From assembly GCA_002245135.1 (NCBI GenBank), contig NGBS01000915.1, forward strand, positions 1-58,801: a DNA stretch of 58,801 nucleotides. The letters are read 5' to 3'. The DNA is from Proteromonas lacertae. Its lineage: Eukaryota. Below, in pieces: positions 14,481 through 26,116 of this stretch (its first letter is position 1; every line of letters begins with the position of its first letter). The translations under genes and the position numbers were made by a program. The notes beneath the pieces were generated by a model. It made no database searches. It had not been told where the DNA came from and worked only from the letters and a program-made list of their open reading frames with translations.

Positions 14481-16731
14481 CAGTGCTGTATAGAATGGTA
14501 GACCAATGGTCAATGGTCAAAAACCATCGATTTTTTTTTGACCATCGGTCGGTCAAGCTTCAAACTTTTCTAATTTTAATACTATATTTAAACAAACAAA
14601 TATAATCAATCAATAATGCTTTCAAAGTAATTAATAGTTTATTTGTTCATGCTTATAATTAACTTCATTTCTAAATGTTTTGGAGAAATACTTGATCTGT
14701 GTATGGAACTCAGAAAACCAGCGTTACTAAATACACGTTCTACCTCACTAGAACTACATTGTGATGATAGAAACATCTGTGCAACTGTGAATATTGTTGG
14801 AAAAGACGGTTTAAGTCTTAACCAAATCTCTCCTATATTATCTGTGGTACTAAATCTTTCTTGATACATAATGTAGTTGTCCACTTCGCTTTTTATAGTC
14901 TTTCTATTTTTTGTTGGATTTTCATTTAATAAGTATTTATCAAGTTCATTTGTTGTAGTTTCTTCTAATAATTCTTCTTCTTCTTTTTCATTTAAAGAAT
15001 TTACTACGTCATATAACATACTGACAGCTTTATTATATTCACTATCATTAAACATTATTCTTCTAGTAAGAAAGGGTTTCACCCTTAAATCCAACAAGCA
15101 GCAGAGCAATATAATGTTGTTACTATCATCATTTATAGTTTCAATTCTAGAAAGAATATCGCTTTTAATATCTTCGCAATATTTTTTTATCTTTTCGGGA
15201 TAATTAAACTTCATTTCATGAATTACTTGTTTACATTTCAACATCGCCATTCCACATGTAACAGTTCTGCTCTCCAAAAATAATGTCAACTGATAAAAAG
15301 GATTTAGAATATCTATGAGGTTTTGTAACACTTTATATTCTACTGCATTTTTATTACAATATTCCAACAAACTGTCATCACATTCAAATCCAAGTTTCTT
15401 CTTTTTCATTTCATTATCGTAGTATTCAAATAAAATTTTCTTATGATTATCTACAGCTTGTAACATAATAAACATAGAATTCCATCTTGTAACCGTCAAA
15501 GTAGGAATATTTATATTAAATTTGGACTTATTTGATGGTTTTCGTAATTCTTTTCCTAAATTTTCAAAATAATTTACCACTGCTTGGATTTGTTCATTTA
15601 TCGAGTTGTTAAGAGAAAGCTGAAGGGAGTGTTCGAAACACCTAATTATAGGTATTTCTAATATTCTTATTGTTTTCAATACATTTTTGGCATTATCACA
15701 TGTAACACTAATTACCTCTACATTGAATTGTTCAATAATTTCCTTTAGTTCACCTGATAAAGTTAATGCTGTTTCATTATCAACTTTTCTAACAGCTAAT
15801 AGTCTTTTAATAACATTAAAATAATTATCAATATAGCTACATGACACTCCAAAGTATTGATCTCCTTTTTCGCTTTTCCATCCATCTATTTCTAACGCTA
15901 CTCTTCTTCTATTTAATTCTCGTTTCAACTTGTTAAGGATTTCTTCGTAGTTGTTTTCTAAGTACGTGATGTAGTTGAATCTTCTAGGGCAGTCATATTT
16001 AAGTGACTTGCAGAAATTGCGAAAATTAATTGAGTCTAAAATTGTGCTTGATACTCCATCATTTGTTATCGTATTAAATAAATTTCTTGATATTTCTGGA
16101 TTGTTTATTCTCCCAATTACTGTTTCGCTGAAGTTATGACAACTGATTACATGTCCTTTAATAGCTTTTCCATTTGACGACAAGCACTTGTAACGTTTGG
16201 AGCACAGACAGCATACACACTGATCTGTGCCCCTAATTTTTAAAAAATAAGACCAATAGCTCTTGGTATACTTGAAATCGAGACAACATAGGCTATCTTT
16301 CATATTGAGCACTTCATTACAAGTTCCTGCTGGAAATTTTGGAGATTCCCTATACATAATAGATTTATATTATACATTCTTATTGTTTTCAAAGAAAATG
16401 TAAATGGTTTGACAAGCCAAAATGATTTTTTAAAAGCTTAAATTCATTGTTACATATTTAATATATTCAAATATACTATTGTAATAATTTATTTAGCAAT
16501 AAATAACTAAAACATATTTTCTACAAAAAAAAGATAAATTGACCAATGGTCAAAATGGTTTTTTTAAAAATATATATATTGGTTAAAAAATAGTTTATAT
16601 GATAGATTTTAAGAAAGAAATCACCCTGTATGTAGAAGGTCAAGTAATAGCACCTAAAGGTCACTGAACGGTCAATGACCAATAGACCAGCAATTCAACC
16701 AACTGGTCATTAACCATTTTATACATCACTG
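14481..16731 (-). mobile_element. hAT DNA transposon, apparently autonomous
   Basis: 19-bp imperfect TIRs: CAGTGCTGTATAGAATGGT at the left end and CAGTGATGTATAAAATGGT as the reverse complement of the right end. GGTCA/TGACC subterminal repeats. One uninterrupted transposase ORF. Confidence 0.92.
14639..16357 (-). CDS. hAT transposase (BED zinc finger, DDE core, C-terminal dimerisation domain)
   Basis: Motifs WSYF..CCLC..H..CH (BED finger), IDGW, VTCDNAKN, CFEH (CxxH), TRWNS, SSSEVERVFS. Confidence 0.95.
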   Translation of the reverse strand: MYRESPKFPAGTCNEVLNMKDSLCCLDFKYTKSYWSYFLKIRGTDQCVCCLCSKRYKCLSSNGKAIKGHVISCHNFSETVIGRINNPEISRNLFNTITNDGVSSTILDSINFRNFCKSLKYDCPRRFNYITYLENNYEEILNKLKRELNRRRVALEIDGWKSEKGDQYFGVSCSYIDNYFNVIKRLLAVRKVDNETALTLSGELKEIIEQFNVEVISVTCDNAKNVLKTIRILEIPIIRCFEHSLQLSLNNSINEQIQAVVNYFENLGKELRKPSNKSKFNINIPTLTVTRWNSMFIMLQAVDNHKKILFEYYDNEMKKKKLGFECDDSLLEYCNKNAVEYKVLQNLIDILNPFYQLTLFLESRTVTCGMAMLKCKQVIHEMKFNYPEKIKKYCEDIKSDILSRIETINDDSNNIILLCCLLDLRVKPFLTRRIMFNDSEYNKAVSMLYDVVNSLNEKEEEELLEETTTNELDKYLLNENPTKNRKTIKSEVDNYIMYQERFSTTDNIGEIWLRLKPSFPTIFTVAQMFLSSQCSSSEVERVFSNAGFLSSIHRSSISPKHLEMKLIISMNK

Positions 16732-17464
16732 CTTTTTAATATGCAAATGAAACAGAAAAAAATAATATGAGAATAAAAATCGATATTATTGAGGAAAAAA
16801 TTTAAGAACAAATAGAAAAAGACAACGAAACTAGAGAAACTTTGAAGAGTATAAATAATAGTATTAATAGCATGACAACAGCTATTAATGAGTTATTAAA
16901 TATTATAATTCATAAATAGTCCATAATTGTTTTCTATAAATAAAAAAATAGGATTTAATTTCAAACCTAACAAGCTTTTAAATGCTATTTATATTTTATG
17001 TAGGATATTGATAATTCATATACTATTGGTATAGATTTTGGAGGAAATTATATGCTATTACAGGTAATGATAATAGAAGATGCTTACAGTCAAAAGAAAA
17101 CTCAGTATTACTTTTATTTGTGATCATCAATATAAAGGATCTTCTGACCATCATCTTGAGTGACTTCCCTTCCAAGGATATAAATCGTCTTCATCTTCTT
17201 TGCTTATAATGTTATCTCCAAGGAATAAAATAAATGATTGCTAAGCAACTCACCAAAGACTACATCGATAAGTAAGAAAAGTACCTGGGTTATGTTTATA
17301 AGCTAGTTACCGATGCAATGGCAACTCCAAGGAAGTTCTTGTTATGGTAAGATGAGTACCTCGTGACACTTGAGATCAACTTCTTCATCTATCTGTAATC
17401 GATCCATTGCATACTCCAACTCCAGGTCATTGAGTCGATGCCTTAAGTCTCTTATCAATGCATC

Positions 17465-17800
17465 TTATCCAAGACAACTCTCCATGTTAATCTTCTCGCA
17501 AGTGTCCAAGAGGTTGTAAGCCTTTCCGAAGCTACTACTGATGATCTCGTCTTTACAATAACGAGAGATTGCTTCATCGTAGAGTATACGTACTTCTCCA
17601 CTGACCCGGGAATGATAGATCTGCTTGGCCCTGTTCATACACATCTCTAACACTAGCCTTTCATTCTCTGATGGTAACTTCGGGTAGTTGTTATCACTTG
17701 GGCAATCTACGGTCTGGAGTAAGTTGTTACCGATGGCTTCCATTGATAAGTAATTGCGGGTGATTGTAAGTAGCTCTTTGAATGATAAGGAAAAGACCAA
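17465..17800 (-). CDS. Hypothetical element protein, possibly decayed
   Basis: Short ORF downstream of polB with the element's codon style. Confidence 0.35.
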   Translation of the reverse strand: MVFSLSFKELLTITRNYLSMEAIGNNLLQTVDCPSDNNYPKLPSENERLVLEMCMNRAKQIYHSRVSGEVRILYDEAISRYCKDEIISSSFGKAYNLLDTCEKINMESCLG

Positions 17801-17895
17801 CTAGCTATCTCCGATGATTCTTACTCCAGTGACTTTACAAGTACACTAAACACACGTTGATAGTAAAAGCTATGAGCTTATGCGTGTTACTGATC

Positions 17896-20800
17896 TCACC
17901 ACAACTCATTGAAATCATCATCATCATCCTCTTGATCCTTCGGTAGTATTGAGTAGTGCCCATAAGGCAATGTTCTAAAGTGATCGATAAAGTACCTCTT
18001 ATCATCAAAGGGAGTGAAGACTCTCTTGGTGGTCTCTACGGTGTAGATGTGCTGATCGAGGACACGGAAGTTCCTGGTCTTACAATTCATATCTTCCATG
18101 GGTAGCATGTTGAAGAGAGTCTTGAAGTAGACGTAAAAGTTCTTCTGTTCTCTTAAGGCTTTATTGAGTCCCTTTGCACGGCTATCACATTCCACGTAGA
18201 CGGAAGAAGCTTCACTCTTCTCGTAAGCATACATCTTTGGTTTAATCCCGACGAACTGAGTGATTGTATAAAGCTTACCATTCTTGTTCTCTTCACATTT
18301 CAATAAGTTCAACTTGCCAGTGTCCTTGTAATTGTCATAGACGATTCCTCTATCCCTTAAGATGTCAACGTTGAGATTTCCAGTGTCCATCATCCTCATG
18401 AACTGCTTATGCTCCATAATATCTCGATAGATGTCTTCAGTCTGACACTTATAAAGCAAGGAGTCGGTATCAGTCATAAGCAACTTCAAGGAGGATCCAT
18501 ACAAGGGATAGAGAACATCATACCAGAACCTTTGCATCTTCAACTTCGATAAGCATAAGATTGATGTACCGAGGAAGATAGGCATGTCAATGAAGCAGGC
18601 GGACTTATTGAAATAGCATAATCGGAGATCTGGATCTTCTTCATATAAGTTCTTGAAGGTATCGAACCAGTTGCTGCTAGAGTACTTTTTAAAGGTCTTC
18701 TCGGAGCAGGCTATCTTAATGCTGGATCGTCGTTCCTTACGCTCACAGCTCTTACCATAGATGGAGTTCAACAATAGCTTATAAGTATCACTATCGGCAG
18801 TACGATTGCTCTTCTTTGCATCTACTCGGTATCGGATCATATCATCCACAAAGGTCTTCATCAGAGGTTCTTCGGTGAACTCCAACACACGATGGACACC
18901 TTGTATCTTATAACCTCGTTCAACTGCATACTTAAGTGCCTGGTAATGGATTACGTAATTCTTCTTAGGGGTGAGATCGCAGATCAACTTCTCAGTCTTT
19001 ACCTTCATGGCCATCTTACCATCCTCTGTTGTTAGCACCAATCCATACTCTTGAGCTAATGCCTGCTGAGTCGGTGATAGCTGATCGTAAGCGATTGTGT
19101 TTCGTTCTGGGAACAAAGGATACTCCTTGAACTTATCATGAAGCTCTCTCGGGCACTCGATATCGACTTCGAGGAAGTATCCTTTACCTGGCTCCTTGAA
19201 CTCCTTCATAGACATGTCATCGTAATAAGGCTTCGAGAGGATCTCTTGAATTATTTCATCGGTCCAGGCAATGAACTTGAAATCTCAGCACGGTAACTTG
19301 CTGGAGGACATCGTGGATGGGTATAAGCTATTGTAGTCATTGTACATGATATAAGTAGAAGGCTCCGCTGGATCGTAGTTGTTCTGATACTTGTTGTTGC
19401 TAGTGCTATACTTTTCACTTCCCATAGATGAGATACCTCCGTAAAGGCCAGCTATGAAGAAGTCATAGATGTCTTCCTCGAAGATCAAGGGGATGCTGAT
19501 GTGTTCATGCTGGAGGAATGCATCCCATGTTAAACTAGGACCAGAGATGTACCAGGCTGGATCTAACTGGAACCCTCCGAGGATGACATTACGGAAGTTC
19601 TCAAAGACACTTGCTAGGATGCCAACATCGACGGCTAAGTAAAGCATGTTGTAATCACCTAAGGACTGACACTTGAACTTCTTAAACACTTCACAGGCAA
19701 AGTTGTACTCCTCCTCATTGATTCCTTTCATATTGAGCTCTGAGTAGAAAGCTTCTTGTGGTGGTAACTCTGGGTCATCGTACTTGGCTAAGTCATCACA
19801 ATACTCATAAGGGAAGTAGTTCTTCTGCATGAGGTAAGTCTTGATCATCTCTTCATCATATCCCTTGATCTGGTTCATCACGTAGAACACCAGGGCAAAG
19901 TACTTCTTGAAGTCCCCGGACTGGACTGCCTGACGATGTAAGCACTCTGTAAGAGACTCTAAGCTAGAGGACATGAAGCAGTAGCTATCAATGAAGGACA
20001 ATCGTAAGGTTGATATGCTAAGGAACTTCTCATCGGACTTTGGTATCACATCTACTTGGCATCTCTTAGCTAACTCTCGTAGGATGAATGCCTGATCGTA
20101 GTTCTTAGCATTGTGGGCTATCACCGGGATTCTCATATAAGCAATCTGGCAAGCGGTGTTACAGGAATTGCATAAGGCTGCGATGTACTTACTGGTGAAG
20201 TGATCATGATGTCTTACCTTATAGTTCTCCTTGGTAAACAACTCACAGCAGAAGGCACAGTCAGTTGCTTCATTAAAAGCTGCCTGATCATCCTTAGTTA
20301 CTCTCATCACCTTTGGCTTATCATTGATCTCTCGATAATAGTCCTCAATCAACTCTCCGATCAATAGGAACTGACTCACTAGCTCTTCTTCTAAGTTCTG
20401 ATCGGGACTTGTCTTCTTGCCTTCAATGCACCTTGAAGGGAAGTCATCAACTCTACTCCACACAAGGATATGGTAACTATATAATACGTGAAGGGACTTC
20501 TTGGACTCCTCAGTCTTGCTTTCGTTTAAGACATTACCATCTGCATCAACGTGGGATACCTTCTTGAAATAGACCTCTGTATCGTAGTAGATTACAATGG
20601 GGATGTATTGCATGTTCTTGTAGTGCTTAAAGAAGCAATGGCTCTTCTCATAATCGTTTGAGTCAGGGAACTCTCTCTTGATACGGTACTTGATAAGCTT
20701 CTGGCAGGGATAACTTTGATGAGTAAGGAACTGCCGGAAGGAAGTTGTTCCCGAGCAACAGTAAGGACAACAAAAGTAAATGTTGTGGTTCTTCTTACCG

Positions 20801-21761
20801 GTGTCTTTGGAGTACGATCTCTTCATAAGGGCGCTGAGACTCTTGACTAACCAGAAGTGACCTTCATGGTAGAATAGATTCACATGGGGGTAGTTTAAGT
20901 GCTTGTCGATCTTCGGTAAGTAGATTGGAGCTACGCAATGGATATGGTTCTTCTCCTTCTTTGACTTCTCATTGATGATCTTAAGACCGAAGATGGAGAT
21001 GGTAAGGTGGTTCTTCTCCTGGAACTGTTGAATCTTGTTATGATGGAAGTCTAAGTCCATTGGGTAAGTTAACATGCTATCATCGACCATGGATAGGAAG
21101 GGTTCATATTGCTGTGGACGATTAGGATGAGTACCACAGGAAGGAATTAAGAACATCATGATGCAGTAAAGGAAGCATCGATCGTCAGTGTTCTTTACTG
21201 TACAACAACACTTCTTATTAGCAATAAACTCAGGCAACTTCGGGATCCTACAACATCCTCCTTGCATGCTATCAAAGACTGCTAGCTTTACTTTGACAGC
21301 TTATTGAGTTTATCATGAATCGTTGCTTGGAATAGATCCTGGATGCTCTTCCTATCGATGAAGTTGTTGATTGGGAATGTATCGCACTTGACAGTATAGA
21401 TCTTGTTGGTGCCTGCGGTCTCTTCGAAGGTACAAATCAACGTGATGCTTACTTTGAGGTTCACATGAGCAGTCAGTATCTGCTCCAATCTATCGTAGAA
21501 TGGTTCATTGCCATAGCATAGTTGATTGACGAAGGCTTCTGGATTATCTCTTAAGGTCATATGAGGAGTCTCCATCTGGATTACCCTAGAGTACTCCATG
21601 GAGGACAACTCCTTCTCATGCATGTTGAAAACTCTCTGATCCATAGGTAATGCTCTTGGATCATTAATCATCGGTGGAACTACTGCGCGATCTCTTCTCG
21701 GGCTCCTTGAAGTCCTTTGCTTCTTTGCTGGAGTATTATCGCTAGGTAATGATCTCTTCAT
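17896..21761 (-). pseudogene. polB: Polinton/adintovirus-type family B DNA polymerase with embedded endonuclease VII-like zinc motif; one in-frame TGA and one frameshift
   Basis: ExoI YYDTE, ExoII HNAKNYD, ExoIII YLAVDV, PolA DYNSLYPS, PolB KLLLNSIYGK, PolC TDTDS, KPKMY, DDKR. Zinc motif CAFC..HHDHFT..CNSCN. ORFs 19285-21267 and 17896-19215 are in one frame, separated by a TGA at 19285-19287. ORF 21288-21761 is the frameshifted N-terminus. Confidence 0.92.
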
Positions 21762-21968
21762 ACTTCCTGAGAAGTACTTGGAAATTAATAACTGATAGCT
21801 ACCAGGTGTTTCACTTCACGTAGAATCCGATCATAGACTTCTCCGATGATTCCAATCATGAACTTTTCCGAGGTCTTCTAACTTCACTTCTTCTTCTTCT
21901 TCTTCGTTTGCTCCTTTATGTTATCTTGATCACAGCCAGGACAACAGTTGCTTATTATGACTTAGCGT

Positions 21969-23096
21969 TTAATGATTAAGTTCTGGTCTCTTGGAGCTAG
22001 GCGATTCTACATCCTCGGAGGAGCTTCTGCTTCTCTTTATGGCTATGTCCTCTACCTTGATCTTGAACTCCAGGAGATTGCTTAAGTACTTTGCAGTGAA
22101 ATACTTTAAGTTGATCATCCCATCGTAGAATCTTTTGTACTTCTCCGAGCATCGATAGTTGGGTTCTTGGATCGCCTTCAATGTTGATCGGAGCTTCAAC
22201 ACGTTCCTTATAATGCTCTTTACTTGAGTTAAACACCATGATGGAGTATGCCTTGCTTCGATGCACTCTTCAATAACCCTTACCTCCTTGAGCTCTTCGA
22301 TGAACTGAGGTATTGTCAACTCCTTGAGATCCTCCAGAAGAAGTACTTCCGGTACTTCTTCTATCAGTTCGGGACTGTTTCGGTATTGAGTTATCAGCTC
22401 CTTGATCTTCTCTTGACATTTCTTAAAGGCCTTACCTGATCGTGTGTATAAGCCATAGATATTAAACCTGCTAAGGTACTGCTCTAGCATCGGTCTCTTG
22501 ATTGTCCTGCTCATGAAGTTAGGAACATCATAGGGAGTAAGCTGGATGAATCTTCCCTTGATCGATCTTGCTGAGAAAGCATCTCGCATATTACCATCCT
22601 TATCGAATAAACCAATGTCAACCACATACTTATCACTTACCGAGGGTCTGTGAACTTTATAAAACACCTGACCATGTTCACTCCGTTCAAAGAAGTAATC
22701 CAGGCATGACAACTGCTCTATCGGGTAAGGAGCTCTATAATCCTTCGGGTTGAACCTACTTGAGTCTGGTTGATATCGGGAATATGCATCCTTTAAGATT
22801 TTAAGATGGCAATAGCTCCAGTCGATGAAACTATCGTAGATCATTATCGTCCATCTCCTTGCAACTTTAATTGCCTTGTAGTTGGGGTTATTGATAAAGT
22901 GTCTTGATTGCCATAAAGGAATGATTGAAGAGTAGCTTATCGGAGGTATCCATCCACAGTCCTTCAGATCTGGATCATCGATAGAAGTCTTGCTCCATGT
23001 TATCAACTCACGATAGCTAGCAGTGAACTCCAGATACTTGCTTAGATCCAGTGCAAGAGTCTCTAAGGTGTTGATTTCAACGGTTAGGTGTTTCAA
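21969..23096 (-). CDS. Hypothetical element protein (orphan; basic NLS-like C-terminus)
   Basis: 375-aa intronless ORF. The frame appears to extend upstream through stops. A homologous piece recurs at 46681-46800. Confidence 0.65.
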   Translation of the reverse strand: MKHLTVEINTLETLALDLSKYLEFTASYRELITWSKTSIDDPDLKDCGWIPPISYSSIIPLWQSRHFINNPNYKAIKVARRWTIMIYDSFIDWSYCHLKILKDAYSRYQPDSSRFNPKDYRAPYPIEQLSCLDYFFERSEHGQVFYKVHRPSVSDKYVVDIGLFDKDGNMRDAFSARSIKGRFIQLTPYDVPNFMSRTIKRPMLEQYLSRFNIYGLYTRSGKAFKKCQEKIKELITQYRNSPELIEEVPEVLLLEDLKELTIPQFIEELKEVRVIEECIEARHTPSWCLTQVKSIIRNVLKLRSTLKAIQEPNYRCSEKYKRFYDGMINLKYFTAKYLSNLLEFKIKVEDIAIKRSRSSSEDVESPSSKRPELNH

Positions 23097-24146
23097 CTAC
23101 GTCCTTATAGTCCTTTACTGCATCTCGTACTGCTTCAAAGAGCTCCATCTTCTTATCCCAGTAGCTATTGAACATCTCCTGAGTAAGGTTCCTCTTGACA
23201 TCTCCATGATGCTCAGCCACGACTCTAAAGGGATTGTAAGGTTGCATAATTATTATTGCTGTATGCTTAGATCGATAGGAATTGCTGGAATATTGAACTC
23301 ATCGGAGATTGTTAAGAAGGTCTTTACAATTGTTAACTCTTGAGATTCCCTTTTGAGTTTCCACGATTACCAGAAGTAGCTTACCTTGAAGGCTTAGAAT
23401 GGTATTGAAATTTACTCAGTCAACAATCTGTGGAAGTTCCATGGCTTTGTCAGGAGGTTCCTCCTTGAGTTACAACTCAAGGAGGAACATCCCTTCCTTG
23501 TTAGGATAGATGATAATTGAATGTTACCTAGTTGATTAACAAGGACGATTAGACCTACCTCTAGGAAGCTCCCGAGAAAACTTACGATGATCTTCAAGGC
23601 CTTGAGAAAATCCAGTACTAACCAGAACCTCCAGTTGTAAAGTCACTGATTAATAGAAGAACCATCAAGACCTTCCCAGATACGTCCAGCCGTGCATGAC
23701 TGCGTCAGAGAATCTCCCATCACGGGGGATTCCCTTCCTTGCCAACACGGCTGTTCTTCTCGGGAAGGTCTTGGATGAACTTATCTAGGAGAATTATAAG
23801 GATGATAAAACATACCTTCAGAAGCCATCCGAGATTGCTAATCATTATCTTCAAGGGCCTTGAGAAATCCACAACTAGCTAGAACCTCCCGGAGTTACCA
23901 TTTGGTAACTTGTTAACAATTGGTAACAAGTTAACAATTGTAAACTCCCGGTTCCACGATTGGTTTCCACAGTTCAATTAAAAGCCCTTACAAGATCACC
24001 AGCGTAGCAAGGAGAGTCAAGAGCGTGATTAGAATCATCACCTCGAGGTAACCAACACTTCTAGATAGCTTACAGGAGTTCCAGTAGGGAAGTAGACTCT
24101 GTTGAGAAGTAGACCCTGTTGGGAGGAATCCCGTAGGAACCTTACG

Positions 24147-24340
24147 TAAATGGGACCCTGGGACATTGTCACAGAGTCCTAATGAGTTTTCTAGGAGTCC
24201 GTCCCCTTCTAGATTCAGAGTTGACCTTTACGGGAGCTGCAATCGATGAAGCTCCCGTAAAAGTCAACTCTGAATCTAGAAGGGGACGGACCCCTAGAAA
24301 ACTCATTAGGACTCTGACACTTGTACCAGGGTCCCATTTA
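24147..24340. repeat. 194-bp imperfect palindrome (hairpin) at the element end
   Basis: 24172-24238 pairs with 24250-24316 at 65/67 positions. Outer arms TAAATGGGACCCTGG / CCAGGGTCCCATTTA pair fully. Confidence 0.97.
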
Positions 24341-24669
24341 TATACTATATAAATCTCTTACTCTCTAAACGATTCATCAATTCAAACACATGTTCATCCA
24401 AACCTAAATGGTATGCTTGATTGAACTTCTTACAAGTTATTATTATATTCCCTACTTTTTTTAATGCACTCTTTAACCACATGTCAAATGAAAAATAAAA
24501 GAAATACCAAAAATAGCCGTTTCACGATCTTTAGCATTTTCGTTACATTTTTTAAGAATTGATGAAGTTAAGTTACATCATCAAATGTTACAACTTGTTT
24601 ATTTTAGTTACATACATTTATAAAAATAAATATTCTAGAATAACATAAAATAAATAGTAATTATAATTT

Positions 24670-26097
24670 ATGTTGTACTATTTTTTTGCTTTTTTTAACA
24701 ACAGAATTATTTTTTTATTGTTATTCTTTTATGTTTTCTATATAATACACAATAAATTATCTGTCAATAATCAAATATGTATTTATTTTTTTGATGATTG
24801 TTCTTTGCTGGTATTCCAAAAAATAGCATATAATCACACAGTAATTATTACTACCATTTCCAATAAATTTATACCACAATTTAGTAATTTTTGGTATGTA
24901 TCGATATTAAAGAATAAATTAATAAACATTTTAGTTATTGCTTATGATCTTCAATCATATTTACATGCTAAGAAACTCACGCCATATGTTTTAAAAAACA
25001 GAATATTTATAAATCAAACTAAAGATGTTGTATTTTCTAATAAAGATTATAACACCCTCATAATGACCAGAATGTTACTAATCAAATATTTATTAAATAA
25101 TAATTATTCTGTGTTTGTAATAGATTCAGATATTGTACTTTTTAAAAATCCTTTACCCTTGATAATGCAACACAAAAATTATGATATAGTTGCACAACAA
25201 GAAGTACCTTCAAAACAAGACATATGCGCAGGTTTTATGTATAAATTATTTTTATATTGTTAAAAAGTTACTATAACTCTAATTACAAAATGAAACTATT
25301 TTTTAATAATTTAACAGAATCAAAAGACTTTTTGAGAGGTAAAATCACTTTTGATCAAGGATTTATTAATGAAAATATTAATTCTGGGAAGTTTAATCTA
25401 ACAGTATATCGCTTATCAACTAATAAAGTTATATCAGGATGGGTGATGAAAAATGTATTTGGTTTGTTTTACAAAGATGACATCGAAGAGAGTATGAACA
25501 TATCTAAATAATTATATTATAGTAAAAAATAATATTATTGTAATTCATTTCAATTGGATAATAACACTATTCGAAAAAGAGTATAGACAGAGAGAGTTAT
25601 TACTCTATGATTTAAATGATAGAGACTATTATAGTTCAATTTATAATAGATATTTTATTCTTCACTATAATTGTTTAGATAAAAATATTGAGAAAGATTT
25701 AACTCTCTTTGGATTAAGTATAGCAATTATTACTGGAAGAATATTTATTTTACCTAAATATATATGTAAATTAAACTTAAATTCTAGTATAATAAAAGAA
25801 AAATATTGTACAATTGCTGATATAATAAATTTTGCAGATTTAACAAAATATAGAAATATATTTAGAGAAAATGTATATATATCATATTGTATTTCTTAGT
25901 CATTTCTAAGCAATTTTAATGTTCCAAAAAAAGTGAAAAAGTCATATAGAATCATTGAAGCCATAAACATAACATTTGAAGATGCTGTAAAACTAATGGA
26001 TACAAAAGAATATATTTTGGAGCTTAGTTTTTTTAAAATAAATTGGAATATTAAACATGGACTACACATTTTTGGGGATATTTTTATCAGAAAGTAA
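24670..26097 (+). CDS. Nucleotide-diphospho-sugar transferase (GT77-like), multi-exon
   Basis: N-terminal TM anchor, VFVIDSDIVLFKNP (DxD), ICAGFMY, DQ motif, IHFNW. Introns of about 30 nt near 25240, 25492 and 25872. Confidence 0.8.
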
Positions 26098-26116
26098 TAT
26101 TTTTTGGTGAGTTATA

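Larger units (their letters stand above)
17100..24340 (-). mobile_element. Endogenous virus/plasmid-like element encoding a protein-primed-type PolB, with a terminal hairpin
   Basis: Sharp shift to higher GC, intronless minus-strand ORFs, pPolB motifs, and a repeat-rich terminus ending in a 194-bp palindrome. The left boundary is approximate. Confidence 0.8.

Noticed and set aside
19285..19287. Alternative genetic code or selenocysteine in the GC-richer element
   Set aside because: Only one TGA occurs in more than 1100 PolB codons, at a Gly position. TGG is used for Trp and CAA/CAG for Gln throughout.
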